This document shows, in pieces, positions 47,356-56,630 of a DNA stretch of 64,000 nt; within the stretch, counting starts at the first letter, position 1; the number at the start of each line of letters is the position of its first letter. Source of the DNA: a virus; IMG/VR virus record IMGVR_UViG_3300025914_000010, positions 1 to 64,000 of that record. One strand, written 5' to 3'. The position numbers were made by a program, and so were the translations under genes. The notes beneath the pieces are model-generated. The model was not told where the DNA came from, ran no database searches, and was given only the letters and a program-made list of their open reading frames with translations.

Positions 47356-48368
47356 GCTTCCGGCTCCAACCACTCACACGCCGCCGCCTGGAACCCGCTG
47401 AACGTGCAATCCACATTGACGTATGTCAGCCGTTCACCGCGCTGCAGGAACCGTCGGTAGTAGCTGGAGAGGAACTGCGTCGCGAGGTTGCCGACACAAA
47501 GGCACTTCTGCCGCTGGATCACGCTCCAATGCGCAAGGTTATTCGGCGTGGTGATGACGCCTTCGCAGAAATTAGAGATCGTCAGTACTTCCAGATTACT
47601 CTTCGTCTTGCCGATCAGGTTGACGAGCCGAGGCGACTTCGGCAGGAACATGATCGGGTGCAATCCGGTCAGCAGGTACGTGTGCGGCGTCTTATCGATC
47701 AGCCATTCGATCGCGGCCAACCAGTGCGGCCAGTGGTTGTTGACACTCTCGCTCCAATCGGAAATTGGATGCAGGTGGATAAGCGTCTTCGGCTTAATCG
47801 GCAGCACTTTCTGCATCAACTGGCCTGCGGCAGTCGCGTCCTTCTGCGGGATAATGCCGTCATGCCAGAGTTGCGCTGGCAGTCCCGTTCGCGTCTCAAA
47901 CCATTGGCTGTTGATGTGCGTCTGCGTGAAAGCATCAGCCGATGGTAACCCACGATACTGCTCCCACAACATCCCGAGCCATGCCATTGGTTCACTGTCC
48001 GGGCGACTCGTCGCGTACCAGAACTTCTTGTAGAAGTCGCCGTTATCGCTCTTGATGCCGATCACTTCGCCCGTGAACGGCTGGAGCAGCAGCCAATCTA
48101 CGATGTTCAGATCCGGCCCCACGTACAGGATATTGATCTTCTCCTGCCCGGTTGCCGCCATCATCGCCTTCATCACACCCACGCACATGAAAATATCGCC
48201 CCAGTGCCCGAACGCCGTGCACCACTGCATCGGCCTCTCGGGAGCCTTTATCGGCTTCATCAGCGACTCCGCGAGCACCACATCTTCGGTAAGAAATCGA
48301 TTACAACTCGGGCAGATCGGCACGGGCATAGTGAGCAGGCACTGCGGGCAGCTAAAATGAGCAGGCAT
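47352..48368 (-). CDS. Glycosyltransferase family 9-like (heptosyltransferase fold)
   Basis: HWGDIFMC..MKAM; IHLHP; VNLIGKT..LE...CEGVITTPNNLAHWS match GT9 motifs. Confidence 0.75.
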   Translation of the reverse strand: MPAHFSCPQCLLTMPVPICPSCNRFLTEDVVLAESLMKPIKAPERPMQWCTAFGHWGDIFMCVGVMKAMMAATGQEKINILYVGPDLNIVDWLLLQPFTGEVIGIKSDNGDFYKKFWYATSRPDSEPMAWLGMLWEQYRGLPSADAFTQTHINSQWFETRTGLPAQLWHDGIIPQKDATAAGQLMQKVLPIKPKTLIHLHPISDWSESVNNHWPHWLAAIEWLIDKTPHTYLLTGLHPIMFLPKSPRLVNLIGKTKSNLEVLTISNFCEGVITTPNNLAHWSVIQRQKCLCVGNLATQFLSSYYRRFLQRGERLTYVNVDCTFSGFQAAACEWLEPEA

Positions 48369-48476
48369 CGTGTCTTGATCGTCTCCTATTCGACTTCAGA
48401 CGCAGGTGACGTAAAGAAGCCCCGCAATCGCGCTAGAAAGCACGTACGGGGCTTGCAGTCTCGATTAGGCGGGAAT

Positions 48477-48776
48477 TTACGGGCCGGGCGTTGCTGCCGA
48501 TGTCGCAGGCGATGTCCCGGCTTCAATCGCGGCGATCTGCGCTGTCAGGTCGGTGATAGTGGTCGCTGCATCATCGTTCTCGCTCTGCAGCGTGGTGATC
48601 TGCGCATCTTTCCCGGCGTTAGCAGCATCGGCCGCGTCTACGCGGGTTTTGAGGTCGGCGACGGCACTGTCAAGTCTAGTCAACGAATCGGTCAGTTTGC
48701 TCAACTTCTTTCTCGCTTTCTTAAGTCGTCTCTCCTGGTCTTCGATCAGGGAGAGGAGGAGGGGTGTGGTTTTCAT
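48477..48776 (-). CDS. Small coiled-coil protein (start uncertain)
   Basis: Heptad-rich LTRLDSAVADLKTRVD. Confidence 0.55.
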   Translation of the reverse strand: MKTTPLLLSLIEDQERRLKKARKKLSKLTDSLTRLDSAVADLKTRVDAADAANAGKDAQITTLQSENDDAATTITDLTAQIAAIEAGTSPATSAATPGP

Positions 48777-48873
48777 GCGCTTTATGCTCACGCGAGTAAA
48801 AGCCCCGCCGAGTGAACGGTCGAGGCTTAGGGTGACGGGACGGCTGGGCGAAACATTTGTAACTATAGCTAGT

Positions 48874-48966
48874 TTTGATCTCAAAGCAGGTATAATAAAA
48901 GGGACAGCAGGCGTTCGCAGCGCCTCTGTCCCGTGATCCGCATCCATCTTGAAAGGAGATGCAGAT
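48874..48966 (+). promoter_or_regulatory. Endonuclease promoter, operator and two-hairpin leader
   Basis: TTTTGATCTCAAAGCAGGTATAAT, nearly identical to 26533-26556; GGGACAG-C-AGGCG..CGCCT-CTGTCCC-GTGA; SD-occluding hairpin. Confidence 0.7.
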
Positions 48967-49653
48967 ATGCCAAGTTTACCCCGTATTGACCTCGTAGGCC
49001 AACGTTGCGGACGGCTAATTGTCCTCTCGGAAGTGTCTCTCGAAATCAGAAAAGATCGTGCGCAACGTACATTCCTCTGCCGTTGTGATTGTGGAAAAGA
49101 ATGTGTCGTGTGCCACGGCAATCTTCGGAACGGCATGACCAAATCATGCGGTTGTTTGCGCCGTGAGATGGTCACACATCATGGTCACGCCGCTGATGAA
49201 AAACAATCTGCCGAGTACCGTACTTGGCACGGCATCAAGGATAGATGTTCGCGACCTAAGAACAGGAACTACCATCGGTATGGCGGTCGTGGCATTACGA
49301 TGTGCGACAAGTGGAAGAACTCCTTTGAGAACTTCCTTGCGGATATGGGCGAACGGCCTTCCGATCAACATTCGATAGAGCGCAAAGACAATGACGGCAA
49401 CTACGAACCAGATAATTGTATTTGGGCAACCCGCGAAGATCAGGACAATAACAGAAGCGATTGTGTGTTCATCGAATTCGACGGATTGCGAATGACGCTC
49501 TCCCAATGGGGTCGCCACTTAAACATTTCACGCGGGACAATCAATGCACGGCGCCGTAATGGTTGGACGGACGAGCAAATCATCAAAGGCATCTCGCCGC
49601 GCGGTCGGAAGTTGCCGCCGCAAGGGATGAAGAAGCCTCGAAAGTCTAAATAA
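48967..49653 (+). CDS. HNH-like homing endonuclease (CxCDCG/SCGC type)
   Basis: GRLIV...CRCDCG...KSCGC...YGGRGITMC..W...F..DMG...SIERKDNDGNYEPDNC.WAT. Confidence 0.9.
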   Translation: MPSLPRIDLVGQRCGRLIVLSEVSLEIRKDRAQRTFLCRCDCGKECVVCHGNLRNGMTKSCGCLRREMVTHHGHAADEKQSAEYRTWHGIKDRCSRPKNRNYHRYGGRGITMCDKWKNSFENFLADMGERPSDQHSIERKDNDGNYEPDNCIWATREDQDNNRSDCVFIEFDGLRMTLSQWGRHLNISRGTINARRRNGWTDEQIIKGISPRGRKLPPQGMKKPRKSK

Positions 49654-50815
49654 AATCCACGTGGTCGGGAGGAGTTGCTGACGGAACCGGGCTAATACTT
49701 CCGTCAGCAACTCCCGCCAGTATTCGGTTCTGTGTTCCGAACAGACAGTTCGGGCATTGACTCACCGGATCATCTATGAGTGTGCGAATTGGCTTTTCGT
49801 AAAGTGACGCTGCGTCGGACCAGTGACATATTCTCCATTGCGGCCCGAAGTCGTGCTGCCCTGGCTCCCGCACTTCAGTGTTCAATGTGACCGCATCACA
49901 AGGATATAAAAACCCGTCCGAGTTCAGGATAGGGTGAAAAACGCCGACTGTGCAAGACGTATGCGGGTTCGGTAATTTTCGCTGAACGAAAACTCTTGAC
50001 GGATCTATCGCGTCGGCAATCTGTTGTAATTCGTCGCACCGTTCGTTCACGAGATGCGGCTGGAGGCAATTTGCAACGAGGCGAAGATAGCGCGGCAAAT
50101 GCTTGTCTACGTACTCGCGAAATTGTTCTGTAAGGCGCGGTAGCCGGTCGCGGCCCATAATAGGCGCTCTGCCGCCACTTCCGCCGTACTGAAGCAGGTC
50201 TTGCGGCGTGCTCACCTTGCCGTGGTTTTTTTCTCCAGGCGCAAAGTACAGATCGTGATAAATGTAGCTGAAGCCGAGTGTGGTTTTGGTCCGGTCAAAG
50301 TCAGGTACGAATACTTCTTCTTCTTTGTGATCGAGGCCGCTCATACTGATACGGCACCAGTCCAGCGAATCCAGGGTTTCAGGTGAAACTGTTGTCCACG
50401 ATGTTCGACCGCAAGGATACTTCTTCATTGGAGCACCGTTCGTGATAACTCCGATTTTCAGTCCGTACCACTTTATGCGAGCAATCAAATCGTTAAAGCC
50501 CATCTTTGTTTCAGGGCATCGATACAAAATTGGATTGCCCCCGCCCGAGATCACAACGGCTTTTAACCCGTATCGCACTAATATTTCGATGAACCCAATC
50601 ATGGCACTCATCGGCAAGATATTGCCCGCTCGTGTTTGCACGCTGCAAAACGCGCACGTATGATTGCAGCGGTCGGTCGGCATCAAATGGCACGTTATGG
50701 CGCGGCCGTATCCATTTACCAGTGTCCGCATTGCCTCCTGATGATGAAACAGCTTCGCGCCCGTAGACGTGAAGCTATTCGTGAGCGTCGCTGGTATTTC
50801 GAGTGTTGCTGTCAT
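49646..50815 (-). CDS. Radical SAM protein with C-terminal SPASM/twitch-like Cys cluster
   Basis: CNHTCAFC; SGGGNP; ITNG; DGFLYPC...CPNC. Confidence 0.88.
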   Translation of the reverse strand: MTATLEIPATLTNSFTSTGAKLFHHQEAMRTLVNGYGRAITCHLMPTDRCNHTCAFCSVQTRAGNILPMSAMIGFIEILVRYGLKAVVISGGGNPILYRCPETKMGFNDLIARIKWYGLKIGVITNGAPMKKYPCGRTSWTTVSPETLDSLDWCRISMSGLDHKEEEVFVPDFDRTKTTLGFSYIYHDLYFAPGEKNHGKVSTPQDLLQYGGSGGRAPIMGRDRLPRLTEQFREYVDKHLPRYLRLVANCLQPHLVNERCDELQQIADAIDPSRVFVQRKLPNPHTSCTVGVFHPILNSDGFLYPCDAVTLNTEVREPGQHDFGPQWRICHWSDAASLYEKPIRTLIDDPVSQCPNCLFGTQNRILAGVADGSISPVPSATPPDHVDFI

Positions 50816-51024
50816 TCGTAATTCACCACAATCGTTCCGCATGGCAAGTCCAAAACAACTTCGGGTTCTTTCTCAACTTCTCTTTCGTGAGTAAGTGGGT
50901 ACTCATCGCAAAAAGATGCTCCGTAATACTTCCGAATACTGTTGATCGCGAGGCTACGTGCCTCTTCCACGGTTTCGGCTACTCCGATATAGGTGTGGAA
51001 CCCGTACCATTTGAACAGTTTCAT
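50812..51024 (-). CDS. Hypothetical protein
   Basis: Overlap chain; GGAG RBS. Confidence 0.55.
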   Translation of the reverse strand: MKLFKWYGFHTYIGVAETVEEARSLAINSIRKYYGASFCDEYPLTHEREVEKEPEVVLDLPCGTIVVNYE

Positions 51025-51054
51025 AAAATCTCCGCCGCCTCCTATGCGGCAAGT

Positions 51055-51696
51055 TCAGCTTTTGAAAGCCTCCATAATCAGCGAATACTCCGCCCGCCGC
51101 TCGATCTGAGCGACATCGCTTGCGCAGTAGTGCCCCGGACGTGTCGTCTCTTTGAACGGCGCTCTCACAATATCCTGTGGCGCAAAGGAACCCTTTCGCG
51201 GATTTTCACGATTGGCAAGCGTGCACCACAAACTGTCTTCGGTAAACACTTGCCGATGGTCCTGATAAAGAAAGAGCGACCATCCCATCATCGTCTCGTA
51301 ACCGGCATGTCGCAACGGTTCTCCAAACAACCGCTCGCAGTTCTCGCGGTTATCTTCGGGATGAACGCGGCGGTAAAACGAAGCGTCGGGCACGGAGCAT
51401 CGAAGAACTCCTCCTGGCTTCAATATTCGGTAGCACTCGCGAAGCACTTCCTGTAAATCGACCGCATCGAAATGCTCGAAGCAGTGATGCGAGGCAATAC
51501 CATCCACGCTTTCATCCGCCCACGGCCAATCGTGTTTGCGAAGGTCCATGTGGAAATAGTTCTCTTCGCTCGCGATTTTGTTCAGTACCCACTCGTAACC
51601 GTAAGTCTGCTCGTTGAGAACGTCCGCCAAATTGTCAATGTTCAGCCAGGGGCGCTCAGGCCGTACGTCTCCAGCTCCAAGGTTGAGAAACAGCAT
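51055..51696 (-). CDS. Class I SAM-dependent methyltransferase (type 11-like)
   Basis: LNLGAG; DESVDGI..HCFEH; RILKPGG.LR.SVPD. Confidence 0.88.
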   Translation of the reverse strand: MLFLNLGAGDVRPERPWLNIDNLADVLNEQTYGYEWVLNKIASEENYFHMDLRKHDWPWADESVDGIASHHCFEHFDAVDLQEVLRECYRILKPGGVLRCSVPDASFYRRVHPEDNRENCERLFGEPLRHAGYETMMGWSLFLYQDHRQVFTEDSLWCTLANRENPRKGSFAPQDIVRAPFKETTRPGHYCASDVAQIERRAEYSLIMEAFKS

Positions 51697-52340
51697 CAGC
51701 CGACCACCTGCTTCATCGGTCGCCCACGTCGCCGATTCTCAACCTCTTCGGTAGGAGTATCCCATTTTTCACCAATATCCAGCCCGTCGCACGCCGGTTT
51801 CGGTTCGCGCTTCCTAGCTACGAGCAGTCCGCACTCGCTGTTCTCTTCGAGGAAGTCCCACCCCTCCCACGCCCGCATCTCCTCGCTGAACTTGCGGCTC
51901 CCTTCCCAGCTCACCGTGTCGTGAATGGCGATCAGCGTCGCGCCGAGTTTAACCGCCTTTTCGACATCGTGCTTGCAGACGTCGTAGGTATGGTTGCCGT
52001 CGATGTACGCGAAGTCAACGCGCTCCGGCCACTCGACTTCCTGGCTGCGGCCTTTGATGAGCGTCGCCCAGTCGCGGACACCGCAGAGCGTCAGGTTCGC
52101 TTCCCACTGTTCCTCCTGGTACTCCTCGGTCCAGCAGAACGGATCGACGCAGTAGAGGCGACCTTTGCCCATCAGTTGCAGTGCGCGGGCGATCCATACC
52201 GCAGTCGCGCCGATGTGAGTGCCGACTTCGACCACCGTCTCAGGCTGTAGCCACATTACCAGCGCCCCGATGAAGCGGCTGTGGCGGTATTGATACGGGA
52301 TAGATCCCGCTGACTCTTCGAATGGATGAAGTTGGATCAT
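51696..52340 (-). CDS. Class I SAM-dependent methyltransferase (Methyltransf_24-like, sugar O-MT type)
   Basis: VEVGTHIG; CVDPF; DFAYIDGNHTY; IHD. Confidence 0.88.
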   Translation of the reverse strand: MIQLHPFEESAGSIPYQYRHSRFIGALVMWLQPETVVEVGTHIGATAVWIARALQLMGKGRLYCVDPFCWTEEYQEEQWEANLTLCGVRDWATLIKGRSQEVEWPERVDFAYIDGNHTYDVCKHDVEKAVKLGATLIAIHDTVSWEGSRKFSEEMRAWEGWDFLEENSECGLLVARKREPKPACDGLDIGEKWDTPTEEVENRRRGRPMKQVVG

Positions 52341-52978
52341 GCCACGTCACCTGGTTCAAGCACGAAAATCTGCGGATGAATAGCCGCGTTTATGACCACG
52401 GTTTCTCCTATTCGATATAAGCCTCGCGCCTCGTGAATATGACCACACGTGACCAGTCTTGGTTGAATCTCTTCGATTCGCCGCCGCAGGTTCGTGTCGC
52501 CTACATGATCGTGCTGCACCTTGTCCCCGGCCATAAAGGGAGGCCCGTGACAAACGAGAATATCCGTATCGCTGGGTACAAGCGCCCATTTCTTCGCAAG
52601 GGCAACAGGATCCAGGTTAAACGCTAGGCAGTCAAACTTCTTAACCCATGGCGCTCCCCAAATCTTCACGCCGTTGAAATCGGTTCCGCTATCACACAAG
52701 TAAGTGGCGTTTTCTTTCCACGCCCAATCAAAAGCATTCGAAAACTTCAGCAACACTGTGTCGTGATTGCCGCCTACGATGACACATTTTTTATACTCAA
52801 GTCCGTGAAGCCACTCGCGGAACTCGCCGCAAAGCCAAGCGTTCCATTTTGCTTCCGTGCCGTCTGAAGCACCTGTCCAGTTGCCTCCAGTTAAGTCCCC
52901 GGACAATATCAGCAGGTCACACGGCGGGACCTCTTCAGGTAGAAAGCCGTGAAGATCAGCAAGAATGGTGATCCTCAT
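52337..52978 (-). CDS. Metallophosphoesterase (calcineurin-like)
   Basis: DLH, GDL, GNHD, HGPP, GHIHE. Confidence 0.92.
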   Translation of the reverse strand: MRITILADLHGFLPEEVPPCDLLILSGDLTGGNWTGASDGTEAKWNAWLCGEFREWLHGLEYKKCVIVGGNHDTVLLKFSNAFDWAWKENATYLCDSGTDFNGVKIWGAPWVKKFDCLAFNLDPVALAKKWALVPSDTDILVCHGPPFMAGDKVQHDHVGDTNLRRRIEEIQPRLVTCGHIHEARGLYRIGETVVINAAIHPQIFVLEPGDVA

Positions 52979-53769
52979 GCCACGTCACCTGTCGGTTCCA
53001 GCCCGCCCCGAAACTCCATCAGTGTCGGCGGCTTCTGCTTCTCGTGGATGCAGTTGTAGATGGCGATGTCGTGCTGCCTCTGCTCGGGCTCCATTCTCTT
53101 CACCACGAGATGATAGTGATCGAAAAAGACCTCTACGTTATCGTTGGTCGGCTGATACCAGTTCGGCGTTCCGCCGGTTCGGAAATCGACGAGCTGTTCG
53201 TGCATCGCGACATCGGGGCGGTATCCGATATGCTCGCAGTTGCGAAGAATACGAGCCTGCCAGTCGGCAATCATCTGCCAGTTCTGCGACGGGCTTCGGT
53301 GCCCCCACGACTGCCAGTGCCTGCGGCTCGTTACAATCGCGTCGAACTGCGGTTGCATCTGCGACTTGAGCGTGGTGATCTGGTCGTAACTCCCGACCTG
53401 CTCGACGCTTAACTTCATATCCACGAAGTTCGGATAATGTTCTTGCGGATAGAGTTCGTTCCCGCGACAGATTAGCCGCGGAGCCGTCTTATAGATACGC
53501 TCGTCGGCATCTCCAATCCACACCCACTCGGTCGGGCACATCGTCACCATCTCGGTTCGAACGCGGCCGAACCCCTTGTCGATGTCGCCGAACCGAACCT
53601 CCGCGCCGAACTTCTCGGCAATCTCGATCGTCCCGTCCGTGGAGTATTCACCCTGCGGCCCCGTGTGGTAGACCGTGATGTGATCCGCCCATTGAGCCGC
53701 GCTTTCAAGCCAACCTGGGAGTGCATTGCACTCGTTGAACACGTTTGCACACGCTGCTATGCTCGGCAT
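52975..53769 (-). CDS. Glycosyltransferase family 2 (WaaE/LgtF-like)
   Basis: FNE..LP..LES; STDGTIEIA; FG..R; EWVWIGDADE; HEQL. Confidence 0.85.
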   Translation of the reverse strand: MPSIAACANVFNECNALPGWLESAAQWADHITVYHTGPQGEYSTDGTIEIAEKFGAEVRFGDIDKGFGRVRTEMVTMCPTEWVWIGDADERIYKTAPRLICRGNELYPQEHYPNFVDMKLSVEQVGSYDQITTLKSQMQPQFDAIVTSRRHWQSWGHRSPSQNWQMIADWQARILRNCEHIGYRPDVAMHEQLVDFRTGGTPNWYQPTNDNVEVFFDHYHLVVKRMEPEQRQHDIAIYNCIHEKQKPPTLMEFRGGLEPTGDVA

Positions 53770-53805
53770 AATCTCTGCGCCCTCCTATTGCGCTTTGATC
53801 TCAAA

Positions 53806-54471
53806 CTAAAGTTGTACTTCCCTGCGGCACACTAGAAATCCGTTGCCCTCGTGCCACATTGCATAATTCTGCTTAATCCCCGGCACGAGATGGCACGCGC
53901 CCACACAGAAGCCGGGCCTGGTCAGCGCCTTCGCCCACCAGCCAAGCGTCCGGCGTTGAACGTGGGTCGCATCCTGCTCGTATTCAGGAACGACGTAAGG
54001 CTCGCCGTCTTTAGGACTGAGCGGTACTACGACAAACACCGCTTTACGCGCCTTGCTCATAAGAGTGTCGATCGTGCGCGCGAGTTCTTCATCCGGGATG
54101 TGTTCGAGAACGTCCTTCGCAATCACAAAGTCGAACTTCTTCGCCGACGCCTCGAAGTTGTTGACCCCGGTCGTGCCCGACCGGATCAGCCACACACGGT
54201 TTGCAACCTCCGCATCAGCGTTACTGATCGCCCAATCGCTCACGTCGAAACCGAAGGCGCGGTAACCGAGCTGCTTGAACGCCTTCACGAGATACCCGCG
54301 AGCGCAACCGAAATCACAGATCGTGTCGTCTTCGTCGATCCCGAGGTAATCGGCGATGCGGCGGGCGAACGGGATAGTCAAATCGGGCTTCCAAGAATAA
54401 TTCTCGTAGAGCGACTTCCCGCTCTGCGGCCCGTTGACGTAGTAGTCTTTATCGTAAACGTTGTAATCCAT
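53806..54471 (-). CDS. Class I SAM-dependent methyltransferase
   Basis: DFGCARGYLV; GFDVS; FDFVIAKDVLEHIP. Confidence 0.88.
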   Translation of the reverse strand: MDYNVYDKDYYVNGPQSGKSLYENYSWKPDLTIPFARRIADYLGIDEDDTICDFGCARGYLVKAFKQLGYRAFGFDVSDWAISNADAEVANRVWLIRSGTTGVNNFEASAKKFDFVIAKDVLEHIPDEELARTIDTLMSKARKAVFVVVPLSPKDGEPYVVPEYEQDATHVQRRTLGWWAKALTRPGFCVGACHLVPGIKQNYAMWHEGNGFLVCRREVQL

Positions 54472-54489
54472 TGCCCCTCCTATGGGCAT

Positions 54490-54521
54490 AGAAAAAGCCG
54501 CTGGACGCTAATCCATCGGCT
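54490..54521 (-). terminator. Intrinsic terminator-like stem within the glycosylation cluster
   Basis: AGCCGATGGA-TTAGCG-TCCAGCGGCT-TTTTC. Confidence 0.6.
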
Positions 54522-54548
54522 CTGTTGAACTCGCAATTTGTGCTGTCG

Positions 54549-55121
54549 TTACGTCGCCCGCTTGATCCGCTCGACCAGCCCGAGAAACAGCATGTGGAGG
54601 ATGACCATGTGCGCATCCTCCGCCTGCTGCATACTCTCGGTCGGCACGTGAATGCTGATGTCGGCGACCTTTGCAAGCAGACCGCCGTCGAAGCCGGAAA
54701 GACCGATTGTCTTCACGCATTCCATTTGTAAGGCAGTCTGTACGGCGTTCAAGATATTCGCGCTGTTTCCGCTACCAGAGACGGCCACCAGAACCGACCC
54801 GCATTGGCCCCACGTTTCCACCTGTGGGGCGAAGACGTTCGACCACGCGCTATCGTTGGCCCACGCGGAGACGAGGGGCGCAGCGTCACTTAAGCAAATC
54901 GCCTTCAGCGGCTTGCCGGTTTCCAGCCCGACGTTCTTTTGCAGGTCGTTGACGATGTGCGAGCACGATGAGCCGCTGCCGCCATTGCCGCAGAACATCA
55001 CAACTTTGCCGCGCTGCCACGACTGATAAAGTGCATCGACGGCGGCCGAAATCGACGGCAAGTACAGATGCCTCAACAGATCCGAAACGCTTATGGCGTA
55101 CCGAGCGAGAAATTCGTTCAT
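54549..55121 (-). CDS. gmhA: Phosphoheptose (sedoheptulose-7-P) isomerase, SIS domain
   Basis: CGNGGS, AWAND, F..Q, SGSGNSAN, GFDGG, EDAHMVILH. Confidence 0.88.
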   Translation of the reverse strand: MNEFLARYAISVSDLLRHLYLPSISAAVDALYQSWQRGKVVMFCGNGGSGSSCSHIVNDLQKNVGLETGKPLKAICLSDAAPLVSAWANDSAWSNVFAPQVETWGQCGSVLVAVSGSGNSANILNAVQTALQMECVKTIGLSGFDGGLLAKVADISIHVPTESMQQAEDAHMVILHMLFLGLVERIKRAT

Positions 55122-55348
55122 GGCTGTGCCGCCTTTAGTTCGGCTATCGCCTCGGCGGTTAAATACTTCTCCAGCACGGCGAACGCATCTTCCCGCGCTC
55201 TCATCATCTCATTGCGCTCGTGCGTCTGGGATGCGAGTCGGGTTGCAAGATGCTCGATTTCCGCGTTTTTAGTTTTGATGTATCGGCCAGAGTGGATGTA
55301 AGTCGAAAACGCTTGCTCAAGCGGAGATACTTTCTCTTCGTCGTCCAT
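55118..55348 (-). CDS. Hypothetical protein
   Basis: Coupled to gmhA; AGGAGG RBS. Confidence 0.6.
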   Translation of the reverse strand: MDDEEKVSPLEQAFSTYIHSGRYIKTKNAEIEHLATRLASQTHERNEMMRAREDAFAVLEKYLTAEAIAELKAAQP

Positions 55349-55383
55349 GTGCTTTCGCCGCCTCCTATACGGCTATTCACTCG

Positions 55384-55725
55384 CTATTCCGTTGTCTGCA
55401 CCACCAGTGCATTGCACTGGATCACCACGTTATCGTTCAGTTCCGGTATGATATTTCTAATCACGCACCGCCAGTCCAAAATCCCTTGCGTGATCTCGTC
55501 CCCGTTCTTCATGGAATAAGGCGAGTTGATCGCATAGTACGGCAGCCGGACCTCAAACGCCGTCAGCGCCCATTCGTTCGTGTTCAGAAACCGCTGGATC
55601 GCGATAATTCCGGCATTCTGCCAGAACCCTTTAATCGTCTCGCCGTTCCCGAGCGTGCTGGGACAGCCTTCGCTTTCGATGATGAACGTGTTCTCGTCGC
55701 GCCGCGCTTCTCCGAGTGCTCCCAT
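55384..55725 (-). CDS. Head-closure/stopper-like protein
   Basis: Size and position after the adaptor. Confidence 0.6.
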   Translation of the reverse strand: MGALGEARRDENTFIIESEGCPSTLGNGETIKGFWQNAGIIAIQRFLNTNEWALTAFEVRLPYYAINSPYSMKNGDEITQGILDWRCVIRNIIPELNDNVVIQCNALVVQTTE

Positions 55726-55729
55726 CGCC

Positions 55730-56392
55730 TTACGCCACCTTGATCCGGCGGTATCGGTTGAGCGCCTTCGTCAAGTTCTGCTGCGTCTGCGCCTGGAGGC
55801 GGGCGAATGCCTGCTGATCGTAGACGCGCTCGTCGGTGCCGATCACCCACGACTTCACGCCGCGAAACTTGCTGAACTCGAAATCTCCGAGCAGACTCAT
55901 GATCGCGATCGACAGGATACCGTCAACAGCAAGTGCGGACAAGCTGGCATACGCCCCGCGCTTACCAGTCACGCTGATGGGGGCCGCCTGACCGGGCAGT
56001 GCGATGTAGAACGAGATGAATGTTCCGTAGTAGCGATCGAACTTCAGGTACTGGATCGGTTTGCCGTTCGTTGCGGCGTTGAGCGGCATCGTCCTGTAAG
56101 CGGTGTTCAGCGTGACCGCGTTTCCATTCACCGCGACGCTCGTGATGCTCACGAAGCCGCCGCGTAGATCCACGATCGGCGATCCATCCGGTTCGAAGTA
56201 GTGGGTGCTGTCCACAGTGTCGGCAAGGAACGGCTTAAACCCGGTCATGTTCTCCCAGGCGTCCACAGCCGCTTCGCACGCGCCGTCAAAATCTATCTGT
56301 GCTTCAGTTGCCGTTGGCGGATCCGAGATAACACCCGCCGAATACAACCGAGCGCCGAGTTGTGTTCCGGTTGGATTAAAAGTCTGGCCCAT
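55730..56392 (-). CDS. Head-tail adaptor protein
   Basis: WENMTGFKPF...SITSV...ISVTGKRG...LNRYRR. Confidence 0.75.
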   Translation of the reverse strand: MGQTFNPTGTQLGARLYSAGVISDPPTATEAQIDFDGACEAAVDAWENMTGFKPFLADTVDSTHYFEPDGSPIVDLRGGFVSITSVAVNGNAVTLNTAYRTMPLNAATNGKPIQYLKFDRYYGTFISFYIALPGQAAPISVTGKRGAYASLSALAVDGILSIAIMSLLGDFEFSKFRGVKSWVIGTDERVYDQQAFARLQAQTQQNLTKALNRYRRIKVA

Positions 56393-56396
56393 GAGC

Positions 56397-56630
56397 CTAC
56401 TTGTCCTGGTCGGGTCGTATCATCTTGTTAGATTGCGGGCGGACGGCCTTTGCCTCGACAGGCTTTCCGTCTTCGCCGATCTCGCGAACTTCGCAGCCGA
56501 CGTAACTCGTGTGCGCGTCAAGCATGTGGGCGCGAATTCCGTTAGGCGAGTGCGACTGAACCACTTGACCGCAGTTCGTCTTTAGCCAGCCTGTGCCAAG
56601 CCATAGCCCGTAAACCTTGTTCATATCCAC
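56397..56630 (-). CDS. Small hypothetical virion-region protein
   Basis: C-terminal KAVRPQSNKM motif seen after capsid genes. Confidence 0.55.
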   Translation of the reverse strand: MDMNKVYGLWLGTGWLKTNCGQVVQSHSPNGIRAHMLDAHTSYVGCEVREIGEDGKPVEAKAVRPQSNKMIRPDQDK

